Source: Octopus bimaculoides
Taxonomy: Eukaryota
Direction of reading: 5' to 3'
DNA: 43,532 bases
Assembly: GCF_001194135.2 (NCBI RefSeq)
Contig: NC_069000.1
Coordinates: 1,921,297-1,964,828, forward strand
The notes under the pieces: model-generated
What the model was told of the DNA's origin: nothing
Database searches by the model: none
Seen by the model: only the letters and a program-made list of their open reading frames with translations
Shown: in pieces, positions 1-11,966 of the stretch
Numbering within the stretch: the first letter of the stretch is position 1
Layout: each line of letters begins with the position of its first letter
Position numbers and translations under genes: made by a program

Positions 1-44
1 TACCAAAATTATATTAAAATATTTTGAAATACTAAAGAGTAAAT

Positions 45-514
45 TTATTCAATAAAATCGCCATTGGCTTCAACCACGGTCTCCAGACGACTTCGGAATC
101 TCCTGCAACTCTTCTGGACGGTCTCCCTGTTTCAGTTGGCGAATGCTGCCAGGATCCCTGCATTCAGTTCATCTTTGGTGTTACAAGGAGTTTTGTTGGT
201 CTCTTGCTGAACTGCACCCAGCCACCCCGCCCCATATAATAATCAAGGGTGTTGCAGTCAAGGGAGTTAGGTGGCCAGATGCTATCGGTGATGTGGTCGC
301 AGAAATTGTCTGACGGTCTGACAGTTTGACAGCTTGTTGCTAGAGATAAGGTCTTCCAACGGCCACTCTCTTGACCCAGAACCGCACCACCCCCTCCGAC
401 CACTAGATGTAGGACGTGTGGGAAGATGACTGGAGACAAAACGTCGCCATCACTAGTGATCGTCCCAAACACCTTGATGTTGGCTGGATGTTTGATTTTC
501 ATCACTCTCAGTAC
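45..514 (-). mobile_element. Degenerate Tc1/mariner DD37D (maT-type) transposase, C-terminal half; 3' end runs off the window
   Basis: Minus-strand translation across frameshifts gives RVMKIKHPANIKVFGTITSDGDVLSPVIFPH ... WVKRVAVGRPYL*QQ ... DNFCDHITDSIWPPNSLDCNTLDYY ... ETVQKSCRRFRSRLETVVEANGDFIE* (stop at 45-47). The second catalytic Asp (QQDSAP) is lost. The DD37D label comes from recognised motifs, because the spacing cannot be counted in this copy. Confidence 0.88.
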
Positions 515-775
515 AAGTTCGTACTGGCAAATGTTCGTACTGGAGCCTCTGGTAGGAATGCCAAGCAGTACATCATGTCGTTTCCAAATTTCTGGCGGAG
601 TGAATTGCATCATCGTTATGTTGTTTTTCTCACAGACGGTGCCCAACTGACCCTACTGTACTGCGTAGTCGATAAAACAGAAAACAAAGAATGCGCATGC
701 ACGAAATAAAAAAATACAAAGATGACGTAGATGAGAACATTCTCCATGAACAGGTCGACAGCCCATTGTACCGTT

Positions 776-960
776 CAAGGTGAGCAATTTTGAAGGCAGG
801 GGAGAAGTACTTGACTCTTTCTCTGTTTTATTGTCCTCCGACAAAGAGATGAAAGGCAAAGTGGACCTCATAGAGATTCGAAATCAGAACGTCTAAAGTC
901 GGTAGAAATGCCGCTTAGCATTTTGTCCAACGTGCTAACGATTCCGCCAGCCCACCGCCT
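776..960 (-). mobile_element. tRNA-derived SINE, window family A
   Basis: Reverse complement aligns with + copies at 15311 and 24848: GGCGG-GCTGGCGGAATCGTTAGCACG head, B-box-like segment, and CTTTGCCTTTCATC core. Confidence 0.85.
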
Positions 961-1338
961 GACACAATCGTTCTTTCCCACATACGCACGCACACGCGCG
1001 CGCACACACATACACACACACACACACTAACCTTTTTTAGAGAATCACAAATTCAAAAAGCTATCTTGCCATAAACAAAAGAGCTTTAGTGACAGCTTGA
1101 CGGCTGGAATTCTGCAAAGGAAAACAACTGCAATAAATCACACCCGAACTCTTCCTCTCTCTCTTGCTGTGTCCCCCCTCTTTCTCTCTCTCCCCGCCAT
1201 GTCACCTGCTCCTGCTGATATACAATAGTAATTTCTCTCAGTCTTTTGTCTTACGAGTGTCAACATGACTACGAGTTTCCAATCACTCTGTTAAAGTTAT
1301 CCTTCCGACGAAAAGTCTGTTTCTTATTACACACGCAC

Positions 1339-1377
<39 letters not shown>

Positions 1378-1516
1378 CACACAAACAACACACTTGTTTT
1401 CTTTTTATGTCTTACCTCGTCATGTTATAATTTTTGCACCATATATGCAGATATATGCATGAACATATATCTGAACAGAGAAGGAGAAAGAGAGAGAGGA
1501 AGAGAGATAGATACAT

Positions 1517-1547
<31 letters not shown>

Positions 1548-1698
1548 AAAAGACGAGACTCATTTGAATTATGTGAATGAAATTCATCCTGTTCACTCGT
1601 GAGAAACTTTTTTCAACTCTGTTTTTGTTGCAACGACCTGTTTAATCGCTTCTTGCACTAGAGCCAGACACACATGCATATATATATATATATATATA

Positions 1699-2606
1699 NN
1701 NNNNNNNNNNNNNNNNNNNNNNNNNNNNNNNNNNNNNNNNNNNNNNNNNNNNNNNNNNNNNNNNNNNNNNNNNNNNNNNNNNNNNNNNNNNNNNNNNNNN
1801 NNNNNNNNNNNNNNNNNNNNNNNNNNNNNNNNNNNNNNNNNNNNNNNNNNNNNNNNNNNNNNNNNNNNNNNNNNNNNNNNNNNNNNNNNNNNNNNNNNNN
1901 NNNNNNNNNNNNNNNNNNNNNNNNNNNNNNNNNNNNNNNNNNNNNNNNNNNNNNNNNNNNNNNNNNNNNNNNNNNNNNNNNNNNNNNNNNNNNNNNNNNN
2001 NNNNNNNNNNNNNNNNNNNNNNNNNNNNNNNNNNNNNNNNNNNNNNNNNNNNNNNNNNNNNNNNNNNNNNNNNNNNNNNNNNNNNNNNNNNNNNNNNNNN
2101 NNNNNNNNNNNNNNNNNNNNNNNNNNNNNNNNNNNNNNNNNNNNNNNNNNNNNNNNNNNNNNNNNNNNNNNNNNNNNNNNNNNNNNNNNNNNNNNNNNNN
2201 NNNNNNNNNNNNNNNNNNNNNNNNNNNNNNNNNNNNNNNNNNNNNNNNNNNNNNNNNNNNNNNNNNNNNNNNNNNNNNNNNNNNNNNNNNNNNNNNNNNN
2301 NNNNNNNNNNNNNNNNNNNNNNNNNNNNNNNNNNNNNNNNNNNNNNNNNNNNNNNNNNNNNNNNNNNNNNNNNNNNNNNNNNNNNNNNNNNNNNNNNNNN
2401 NNNNNNNNNNNNNNNNNNNNNNNNNNNNNNNNNNNNNNNNNNNNNNNNNNNNNNNNNNNNNNNNNNNNNNNNNNNNNNNNNNNNNNNNNNNNNNNNNNNN
2501 NNNNNNNNNNNNNNNNNNNNNNNNNNNNNNNNNNNNNNNNNNNNNNNNNNNNNNNNNNNNNNNNNNNNNNNNNNNNNNNNNNNNNNNNNNNNNNNNNNNN
2601 NNNNNN
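1699..2606. other. Assembly gap (largest of 12; others at 6756, 11363, 13557, 19647, 21777, 29788, 31619, 37947, 39005, 39563, 41479)
   Basis: Runs of N. Confidence 1.
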
Positions 2607-2868
2607 GTTGTTGAGCGAAGACGATAGAAAAATTATTATGAACGCTAGGAGGGCGGGCCATGAGAGGAGACAGCAAAAAAAGCACGTCTTGTCTTTAGGA
2701 AAGAAATGGACAGAAAGATAGATTCCCTTTCGTCACGTGTCAGCGACGAGAGAGTCAAGGAGGAAGAGTGAGAGAGAGAGGGAACGGTGAAGGGGAGAGA
2801 AGAATAGGGAAAGGGTGGGAGAGAAAAACAGAAAAGATGAAGAACAAGAGAGGGAGAGAGATAGACAA

Positions 2869-3003
2869 ATCTTGGCACAAGGCCAGCAATTTCGGGGAAA
2901 GGGGTACATTGATACTTGCTTAAGGTTCGACACACTGAGGCTGAACCCGAAACCTTGTGGTTTGCAGAACGAGCGTCTTAACCACACATCTCTGCCCACG
3001 CCT
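2869..3003 (-). mobile_element. Chimeric SINE: family B tRNA-like head joined to family A 3' tail
   Basis: 2912-3003 matches the B head at 12660-12742. 2869-2905 (cttggcacaaggccagcaatttcggggaa) matches the A tail at 32002-32030. Confidence 0.7.
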
Positions 3004-4017
3004 GAATTATGAAAATTAATTTTCATTTTAACCCACATATTTTACATGTTAAAACTATTATTACAAGTTTTTTTTTCCAATAATCAATCACTGCCACACT
3101 CACATCATCGATTATCCCTTTATTGTCTTTTGAGATGACCTGAGTCGTCAATACTTGATATTTACACTCATTCTAGCCTACGCAGTTCTGTTCGTCTAAA
3201 TGTGTGTTTCTTTATTCCATGCCGACATTTATCTTTTGCTATCAAATTTGTTTTAAGTCTTTGAATATGCAGTATTAAACATCGTTGGTTTTATAATCTT
3301 CCATGTCTGCTTGACTTTTTTAATCACCATTTATATATCCATTATGTATTTAGTCTTCTGTTTGTATGTCCGATATTCTTTGATTTGAAGAACATCTCAT
3401 TTTGAAGAAGCCAGCCTGTAGGGAACCAAAGTTACTTCTAAAAGTAAGGTTATTTTCTCTCCAAATATCACTCGTCTTTCCTGTGGAATTTTCGTTGTTT
3501 GAGTCGAATGTAGTTGTAACATATCTGCAAAGTATTAAAACGCATATTTCTTTTTGTTTATCTCTGTTTTTTTTTATGCTTTTTACATTTGTTTGACTTG
3601 AGGAGAAATATTCTCTACATTCATTTTGGAGTTCATCATATTTATTAGGTAACGGGTCTATTTGCTTTTTAACGCTGAGAAATTAAACTCAAAGTGTGCA
3701 TCTCCCGTTTATCTTCGTGGGTGCAACGCATGGTTTTCATCAGTAGTGCCAGCCATTTTATCCCTTTGGGTCTTATTTGCTTGGTGTAAGGTCTGGCGTG
3801 TGTCAGTCTACAGTGAATAAGGACATTAACAATGTATGACTTATTGAAATAAAATTTCGATAATATGTTAATACAATACTTACACAAGTCTCCCTCAATA
3901 TAATCGTCAATCGCTTTATTTATTTATTTTTCGTAATTATTTGATCAACGTTAATGGGTTACTTTTGGGGAAGTGAAGTAATAAATTAGTGTTGCCCATT
4001 ACTATAAATCCACCCCT

Positions 4018-4144
4018 CTTCTTCTTCTTCTTCTTCTTCTTCTTCTTCTTCTTCTTCTTCTTCTTCTTCTTCTTCTTCTTCTTCTTCTTCTTCTTCTTCT
4101 TCTTCTTCTTCTTCTTCTTCTTCTTCTTCTTCTTCTTCTTCTTC
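4018..4144. repeat. (CTT)n/(AAG)n microsatellite, about 42 units
   Basis: Directly visible; it explains the poly-K and poly-F ORFs. Confidence 0.99.
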
Positions 4145-4739
4145 ATTGTTGTTCTAGTTGCTGGCGTCGTTGTCGTCATCTTTTCCTCCTCGTAATTATT
4201 ATTGTTCTTGTTGTTAAACTAATGTTATTCTTTAGCACAATATTCTCAGAAGAAAATAAATTAAAACACGCAAAAGTATTTCAATATTAGAGATCGAAGG
4301 TTACTATAACATTACTACAAGATGGATTAATCATGGATGATTTTTCAATATTCAAAAATTTGAAGACACGCTGCTGTGTATTCAAACCATCTCAGAAGCA
4401 CAAGAAACTATCAATACTTAATCAAAGAAGAACAACATAAAATCAATAAAATAACAAATTTTAATAACGCAATTAATAAATCTACTAATCAATAGCTTCA
4501 TAAAGGAAACAAAATTTAATGAATTTCTCCCTGACAAAAGGAAGAAAGAATCAAGAGACCCAGAATACACCTATCGGTAGTGTAGACGAAGTAAAGAGGT
4601 GCATTTAGTGCGCCAGGAGAGAAAAAGGAAAATGGTTTCGACTAACAAAAACGGTAGGTGTCTCATCTACTAATATCAGTTTTGGTAAATTTAATCTTAT
4701 AAACACTGGCATCAATACATGAAAGTATTATAATAAAAG

Positions 4740-4781
<42 letters not shown>

Positions 4782-5089
4782 CAATTCGATACGAAAGTGA
4801 CGAGAGTTTGCTAGTATTAGCTGAAAGGAAATTTCAGAATCTGTCTCCAAATACCAGACATTTAAAATTCTATAGGGCTACCAAAGTTTTTGAATCCTCA
4901 ATATCTGTTATCGATTAAATGCAGGGCTGATGCCAGAGTATTCTGTGCATTTGATAAAGCTCTATACTGTGCAAGCCCTTCTTCCACAATTTCCAATGAG
5001 TGCACTTTTCTCTCAGCCCTACAATGAGAGACTCCTTGTCATATTGTTTTCTACATCTCTCAGACATCTCTCTCTTTTATTTACAACAG

Positions 5090-5221
5090 GTGGAAAATGC
5101 GGTCGAAGAATGACGATGTTCCCTTGCAAACAAGAAATCGTAGTTTTATGATCACACGTATCATTGAGCAAGTCTGTTACCGTGTAAAATTTGAAATAAC
5201 TCAGGCTAAATCATATGACAG
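5090..5221 (+). CDS. Candidate coding exon (phase 2-2), unassigned
   Basis: Acceptor ctctctcttttatttacaacag, donor CAG|gtcaga. One frame is open: WKMRSKNDDVPLQTRNRSFMITRIIEQVCYRVKFEITQAKSYD. No family recognised. Confidence 0.25.
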
Positions 5222-5574
5222 GTCAGAACACCAGACGAGCCCTCATAATGTCTTCCAAACGCTTCCATCCTTCTATTGTTACAAGAGTTTGTCCCCCTTC
5301 GCCTCCTCTCTTTATTACTAATTTTGCGTGTCCTTAATTGGATTAATAAATCATGTTTAAGTTCAGTATAGGACACTGATGTTTAGCGCCGAATGCGATC
5401 GTTTAATTTTCCAAATGCATTTCTCTGTTCGTGATAAATTGTTACCCGCGAAGATCACCATTTGTTTTATCAGGTTCATGATTTTTCAGATTATTGATTA
5501 GAGCCAGAGCAGTAAACTAATATTGATACATTGATCTCTCAATAACAATACATTGCAATATACATCATCGAGGG

Positions 5575-5800
5575 AACTTGTATGTCGTGGCCTGATCTGA
5601 TAGAATTAGCAGTGAAATCGCTCTCTTTCTCATTCTCTCTCAAAAATGATTCTGGCGTCTCAGAAAAGAACATGTTGGATGAAGTGGTACGGACTTTCAT
5701 GAAGATGAGGATTTAATAAAGGATGGTCACGACAGGAATGCCTTTGATGGTAATTCTGCTCCAGCTTGGGTACTTTGTGATAACAACGAGAACAAAAATA
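5575..5800 (+). mobile_element. Interspersed repeat, window family C ((AAC)n-tailed, SINE-like)
   Basis: ggatggtcacgacaggaatgcctttgat (5721-5748) matches 41319-41345 and the reverse complement of 19612-19633 and 8838-8858. It ends in an AAC-rich tail. Confidence 0.65.
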
Positions 5801-5899
5801 TCCTGTGTCTAGCAGGTAACATAGAGAGGCTTTCTCGTTGGTCAGTCAATTGAGAATTACAAGTTTTGAGGATTCGAATTGTATTACTCTGTTCTAGAA

Positions 5900-6030
5900 T
5901 TTGCCGTTGTTGTTGTTGTTGTTCTCGTTGCTATTGCTGCTGCTGCCGCTGCTGCTGTTGATGAGATTGTGGCTGTCTAACCGTCCTTCAACAAGCCTTA
6001 TGCTCTGACGCGCTCCAGTCATGACTGTCT
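5900..6030 (-). mobile_element. Degenerate family C 3' end with an expanded (GTT)/(GCT) tail
   Basis: cgctccagtcatgactgtc resembles cactccagccgtgaccatac at 19610. It is preceded by gttgtt/gctgct repeats. Confidence 0.4.
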
Positions 6031-6187
6031 CGGTAAATTTGTTTCTCAGTCATTATGTATCTAATATTACGATAGCAGAGTGAAGTCTTGGATACCGTTT
6101 TCGAAACACTAGGGTAGGCCTTTAAGGGAAAATTAAGCGTTATTTCTTGGAAACGGTTATTTCTTGGAAACGCCTTGTATTTATTCT

Positions 6188-6252
6188 TGTAGTTTAGCTC
6201 CAGGTCAGCTGTGAAAAGGCAGTTCTATGATAAAAGACTTCCGGCAATGACC
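6188..6252 (-). mobile_element. Family C 3' fragment
   Basis: gtagtttagctccaggtcagc...ctatgataaaagacttccggcaatgacc aligns loosely with 19560-19637. Confidence 0.45.
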
Positions 6253-6717
6253 AGTCGTGTAAGATTCCAAGTCAAGTGTCAGGCAATGCCTACGATGTAG
6301 ATACATGTAAATGGAATGTGCTCCCGAATGGCCGTAGCTCACTGGATGGAACTAGTGAAAGTGAGTTAAATGATGCTATATCTTAAAGCATTACCCATAA
6401 CTCAAAATTGTTTCTGGTCGGCCGGGCGAACAAATAATTCTTGGAAAGAGGAGAATCCCTGAGAATTAATAATAGCTCTGCTATGTCGTCTCTCGGTTCA
6501 CTCGTTGAAAATCTGCCGGATTATTAATTCTACGTAGTAGTTGATTTATCACACGTACACACATAAACACACACACACATATATATCTACAGATTCATGC
6601 ACATACATATGCATACAAACGTATGTAATGTATACATCTATATGCACACATGCGCACACACATATGTGTCTGTATATATAATATATATATATACATATAT
6701 GTATATATATATATATA

Positions 6718-6755
<38 letters not shown>

Positions 6756-6996
6756 NNNNNNNNNNNNNNNNNNNNNNNNNNNNNNNNNNNNNNNNNNNNN
6801 NNNNNNNNNNNNNNNNNNNNNNNNNNNNNNNNNNNNNNNNNNNNNNNNNNNNNNNNNNNNNNNNNNNNNNNNNNNNNNNNNNNNNNNNNNNNNNNNNNNN
6901 NNNNNNNNNNNNNNTTGTCATTCCTCATCCACCGCTTGACAAACCGGTATCGCTTTGTTTGCGTTCTCGAACCTTAGCGAGACCGATAGAATAATA

Positions 6997-7247
6997 TTGG
7001 GTTGGTGCATAATTATTGCGGCTTTTTTTCAACAAATTTTGTTCAACAGAAACAATAACAATATATAACAAAAACATCTTTAAATGATTATTCCGGAGCA
7101 TATTCACCATCTACTTCAATTACTGCTTCCAGTTTGCTTGGCAGACGGTCAATCCGTCATTTAAAGAGGTTTTTGTTAAATACTGTTATTGTTTTTGTTG
7201 AATAAACTTTGTTGAAAAAAAGCCGCAATAATTATGCCCCAACACAA
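6997..7247. mobile_element. Fold-back mariner MITE (251 bp) with TA target-site duplication
   Basis: 91-bp arms 6997-7087 and 7157-7247 match at 83/91 with no gaps by manual count. TA flanks at 6995-96 and 7248-49. The terminus TTGGGTTGGTGCATAATTATTGCGGC resembles the Hsmar1/MADE1-type mariner TIR. The 69-bp loop reads RIDRLPSKLEAVIEVDGEYAPE* on the minus strand. Confidence 0.93.
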
Positions 7248-7839
7248 TACCACACTTAAAATCAACAAACAAAACAAATCATTACGATTTATTCGACTAA
7301 AACCCGTCAAAGCGGTGCCACTGCATTGTCACAGTCCACTGAATAAAACGTGTAGAAGGTGGATGCACTTAGGTCGACGCCCTAGCGATTCTGCCCCTTT
7401 AGCGCTCTCTTATTTTACCAAATTAAGAAATGTAAGGAAGACGTGTTGGCAGAATCGGTGAAGCTTTTGAATAAGTTGAAATGCCGTCAATGTCGGTTTT
7501 GCCTGTCATCCTTCCGCAGTTGATAATATTAAAGAATGTAGCGAGTACTGGCGTCAAATTAACGACAATCTTCCACCCATTCAACCCCTCGCCATTTGTG
7601 GTCATATACCATTGATAGAAAGCGATATTTAGAAATCCTCATTATCCATTAGCTATCATCTGCTTCCATTATGTTATACACAGTTTCCGTTATGTGATGA
7701 TGAACTGCTTCCGGTAGTTTATGTGCTGCTTCCGTTGTTCGGTCTTGCTTCTATTTACAGGTTCTCGATTCTATTGTCTTTACCAAAACGCTGCAACAAC
7801 AAGCAACAGCAACATCAACAACAAACTCACCCCCCCCCC

Positions 7840-7852
7840 CATCACCACCATC

Positions 7853-7907
<55 letters not shown>

Positions 7908-8028
7908 ATCCGCTTTTACTGCATTGAAGAGTGTAATTTTACATGGCCTTTTACGATGTTTTCTATCTATCGGCCGACTAATAATAATAATAATAATAAT
8001 GATAATAATAATAATAATAATAATAATA
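7840..8028. repeat. Compound microsatellites (CAC)n-(TAC)n and (TAA)n
   Basis: Directly visible at 7840-7906 and 7979-8028. Confidence 0.98.
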
Positions 8029-8500
8029 AACCAACAGTGAAGTGGACCTGTACATAACTTAATGGCGTGAGCCAGTTTGTCTTTTTTAATTAATCAAAAC
8101 TTCACCGGCATGAAAGTACACGAAATAAAACACATTAGCTTAATGCTTATTTCTAATCAAGATAGGCAGGGGCAGACAACTCTGAAATTTTAATTAATTA
8201 GAATTTAATAAAATTTGAATGTAGGCACATTCAATTCTTAATTAATTCTAATGAATTTAAATTACTTGGCGTACTACATTAACACTTAACTGTTGATTAG
8301 AATGACGTGTTTCTATATTATTACTGCTGTGTATTCCAAATTATTATAATTTGATGTACAGTAAGCGAATTAAGTCCAATTTCTTAATTTTAAATTAATT
8401 AGCATAGAGTAGCTCGACAGCGAGAACCAAGTTTTGAAAGCAGTTAAGATTAATTTTCTGGCAGTTAAATAAATATAAATAATAAATAAATAAACACAAC

Positions 8501-8502
<2 letters not shown>

Positions 8503-8540
<38 letters not shown>

Positions 8541-8565
8541 TTATGTTTGACTTTTGTTTTGCATA

Positions 8566-8643
<78 letters not shown>
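8503..8643. repeat. (ATT)n microsatellites, two blocks
   Basis: Directly visible. Confidence 0.98.
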
Positions 8644-8749
8644 TCATTTTTAAAAGAAGTTTATTGATTTATCGCAAGCGAGGATTGGCAATCCGTTCGC
8701 GTGCACAAAATACGGAGTAAAGTCGAATTGATGTGCCTTTCTCGGACGA

Positions 8750-8862
8750 TATGTAGTGCAGCTACTGCTTGTTATTTAGCATCACGCCCCAATATTAACA
8801 CGGCACTGATTACCGTTTAGAAAATCTATGCACAATGCATTCCAGCCATGACCATCTCCTCT
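8750..8862 (-). mobile_element. Family C 3' fragment
   Basis: cattccagccatgaccatctcc (8838-8859) is the most conserved family C motif. Confidence 0.5.
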
Positions 8863-9159
8863 CTTTTTAATAATAACATATATGATCACATGATGCAATG
8901 TCTTCTTTCCTTAATTCTTTAATATTCCTTATATATAACGAGAAGTGGTTTGAGGAGGATTTAGTTGCTAGCACTAGCAGATGAATATATGCATGCATTT
9001 ACAGACATTTATACATAACAGATATAATTTGAAATATGCTTACATATAATGTATTTCATGTATTAGATTATACATACATACACACATAGGCACACACATA
9101 TATATATTTGAGAGACAGAGAAGGAGGGACCTAGATAAAGCGACAGAGAGATGCATATA

Positions 9160-9327
<168 letters not shown>

Positions 9328-10583
9328 TACAGGTTTGTTTCTCTAAAGCTCTAAATTGGCTTTTCTAAAGAGAAAGTTATCTAATCTTTTGTAGTAACGA
9401 CTCCCGTTGTACGATGTTAACTATTAACTACTAAACTCTGCCACAATGAAACTTTAATCTATATATTACCAGGAAAACATGAATAGCCAAATGGAAGCAC
9501 GCTTCCTCAAGTAATGAACTTTAATGGCTTCAGATCCTTAGTTTGAACCACTGCTGTCCTTGATAACAAAGAATCAACAATGGGCGGACAGGCTTTCATA
9601 TACAGGATTATTTTTGCATTGTTCCAAATATTTAATGAATGTAATGTGACACAATGATATATGTTTACAGATCAATAGGCAAGAAGCCTTCTAAAGTCGG
9701 TGAACAATGGTTAACAACATATAGTTAATGAACAGTAGTGTCTTAGTTTAAACATCCTTCATAAGAAGTCTTTACATATTTCCAGTACAATATTTGGAGA
9801 ATGATGTTTTCATCGTAAAGTCCATTCTCGTTCTGGCATTGTGGATCCTCCGTCGTTGTCGAAGATTAGAATTCGGTTATTCGATTAGCTGAATTCCTTC
9901 GCATCAAATTAAAGTGTCGGAGGCTGAGTATTCCGTGGCAGGCACGTGTCCCCCGTCTTAAAGTATTTCTCAGACGAAATCTGTTTGCAAAATACGACGG
10001 AACAAGGGTGGACATTTGAAATGGTTACTTCCCCGCATACCTTTGTCTCCCTTTGTCTTGCATATGCTGCAAGGACCAGAAGTGCTGCTTTTATTCTCTG
10101 ATTAAACTATAAAAAGAACCTTAACGAGGCGGCTGGATATGACTTGTACTTTCTTTGACTGGCAACAAAATATAAAACAATTTGCACATCCGTAACTCCT
10201 AAGGAATTTTATAACATTGAGATATGAAAATCGTATCAAGTTTCATTGTAAAGGCATTATGAGTATTAAGTCACAACGAATAGATGCGTTGAGAACGCGA
10301 TGACAAGGATTTTGATTCCGCTGGAAATCATCATCTGATTGGATAAAGACAATATCGTGTATTTAATTCTAACAGCTGTAAACGAACGCCTAATTGTAAA
10401 ATAATAACTGATAACGCAGCGAGAAATCCCCGATAATCCAGGAGGCAGATTATTCGACTAAGATGATCACATTTGCATCATTGGAGTAATATTTATTTCA
10501 CCGTGTCTAAAAATCGATATAAGTGGGAATATAAATCTAAACTAACGGGGAAATTATGATATATATCAACCTCTAACACAGAT

Positions 10584-10735
10584 ACAAGGCCTCAGTTTTT
10601 GTATGGGAAGAATTTAATCGCTTAAGATGGCCTTGCGTCCATTCATTACCTGTGCTAATTTCATCGATCACGGAGCAATGGAAGCAACGATTACCTCAGC
10701 AGGATTCGAAAACAGAACGTAAAGAAGTGTAGCTA
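10584..10735 (-). mobile_element. Highly degenerate family A SINE
   Basis: acaaggcctcag ... ctaatttcatcgatc ... acctcagcaggattcgaaaacagaacgtaaag is collinear with the reverse complement of 24848-25064. Confidence 0.6.
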
Positions 10736-11318
10736 AATTTTCAGTGAGTCATTTATGTTAGTCAATCTATCGATTATTTTATTAATTCAAATTCTTTTAA
10801 ATTAATAAAAGAAAAATGAAACAAACCTCCTGATAGGGCGCACAATGTGGGACTAACTACATTATCTTTTACATTACATAATACTTGAAATGCAGAGTTT
10901 AACAGTAATCAAGTGGTGATAATTACATAACACATGATACGGTAAATTAAATAATGTTATACACCGGTCCTTCAACTATATTCTAAACATATTTTGTGTT
11001 GTATCTTTTGCATAAATTTTAAAAGAGTTAAGTAAAAAGGGGAAAAAGCGATATATATTGTAGAATAGAATAATTTGCACTACAGAGATTATAATTTTAC
11101 TTAATTCTTTTATAAATGAAATATCGAATTTCAGTTTGTATCTTTCACAGCTAAAAAAAAAAAATGCATATTTGATTACTAGTGCAGCTAGTTCATGTTG
11201 TATGACACCAGTGTGCTTTGGTGCACATTTTAAGCATCAGTGTTTACATACATACATACATACATACATGCATATATTTATGTAAGCATATATATATATA
11301 TTAATATATAAATGTATG

Positions 11319-11362
<44 letters not shown>

Positions 11363-11653
11363 NNNNNNNNNNNNNNNNNNNNNNNNNNNNNNNNNNNNNN
11401 NNNNNNNNNNNNNNNNNNNNNNNNNNNNNNNNNNNNNNNNNNNNNNNNNNNNNNNNNNNNNNNNNNNNNNNNNNNNNNNNNNNNNNNNNNNNNNNNNNNN
11501 NNNNNNNNNNNNNNNNNNNNNNNNNNNNNNNNNNNNNNNNNNNNNNNNNNNNNNNNNNNATATATAAGTATTTATATATATACTTTTGTATGTATATATA
11601 TATGTGTGTGTGTGTGTGTGCGTTTATATATATATTTATATATATATATGTGT

Positions 11654-11690
<37 letters not shown>

Positions 11691-11966
11691 TGTATGTGTG
11701 CATTGTTCCTCACTATTTTCTCTTTTTTCATTTCTTTCTCTCTCTCTTCTATTCTCCCTGTCTCTCTCTTACCTTTCTCTTTCAGTGAAATATTTAACAA
11801 TTTATATAACTCGGTTTATTCACAGGCATTGCACACTTACCAATATACATGGAAACTGCATTAGAAATTACGTAATAGTTTCACCAGAACAATAAGAAGC
11901 TCGTCTTCTCGCTTCTTTATAATAACTGTTTCGTCAAACTCTCAACTATTACATAACATTTTGCAG

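Noticed and set aside
515-646. N-terminal part of ORF 164..646 as further transposase
   Set aside because: Apart from CEKN it does not follow the expected motif, and it contains a local duplication (ccagtacgaac x2). Homology is only supported up to about 514.
5724-5815. Signal-peptide-like MVTTGMPLMVILLQLGYFV with a CAG|gtaaca donor
   Set aside because: An in-frame TAG precedes the donor, and the sequence is the family C repeat end.
6139-6172. 17-bp perfect tandem duplication GTTATTTCTTGGAAACG x2
   Set aside because: An ordinary local slippage duplication; only two units, so not a CRISPR-like array.
6282-6359. Open frame NAYDVDTCKWNVLPNGRSSLDGTSE ending at a perfect gtgagt donor
   Set aside because: There is no credible pyrimidine-rich acceptor. 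An equally plausible exon appears on the opposite strand nearby, which shows the false-positive rate.
7234-7605. ORFs 7234..7461 (+) and 7423..7605 (-)
   Set aside because: No recognisable motif or splice support; the first starts inside the MITE TIR.
8190-8260. AT-rich hairpin (ttgaatgt/acattcaa) as a pre-miRNA
   Set aside because: It has a large asymmetric bulge and very low GC, and matches no conserved miRNA I recognise.
10041-10097. Minus-strand 57-nt exon candidate (RIKAALLVLAAYARQRETK or NKSSTSGPCSICKTKGDK)
   Set aside because: Splice sites are plausible, but the frame is ambiguous and there is no partner exon or homology.
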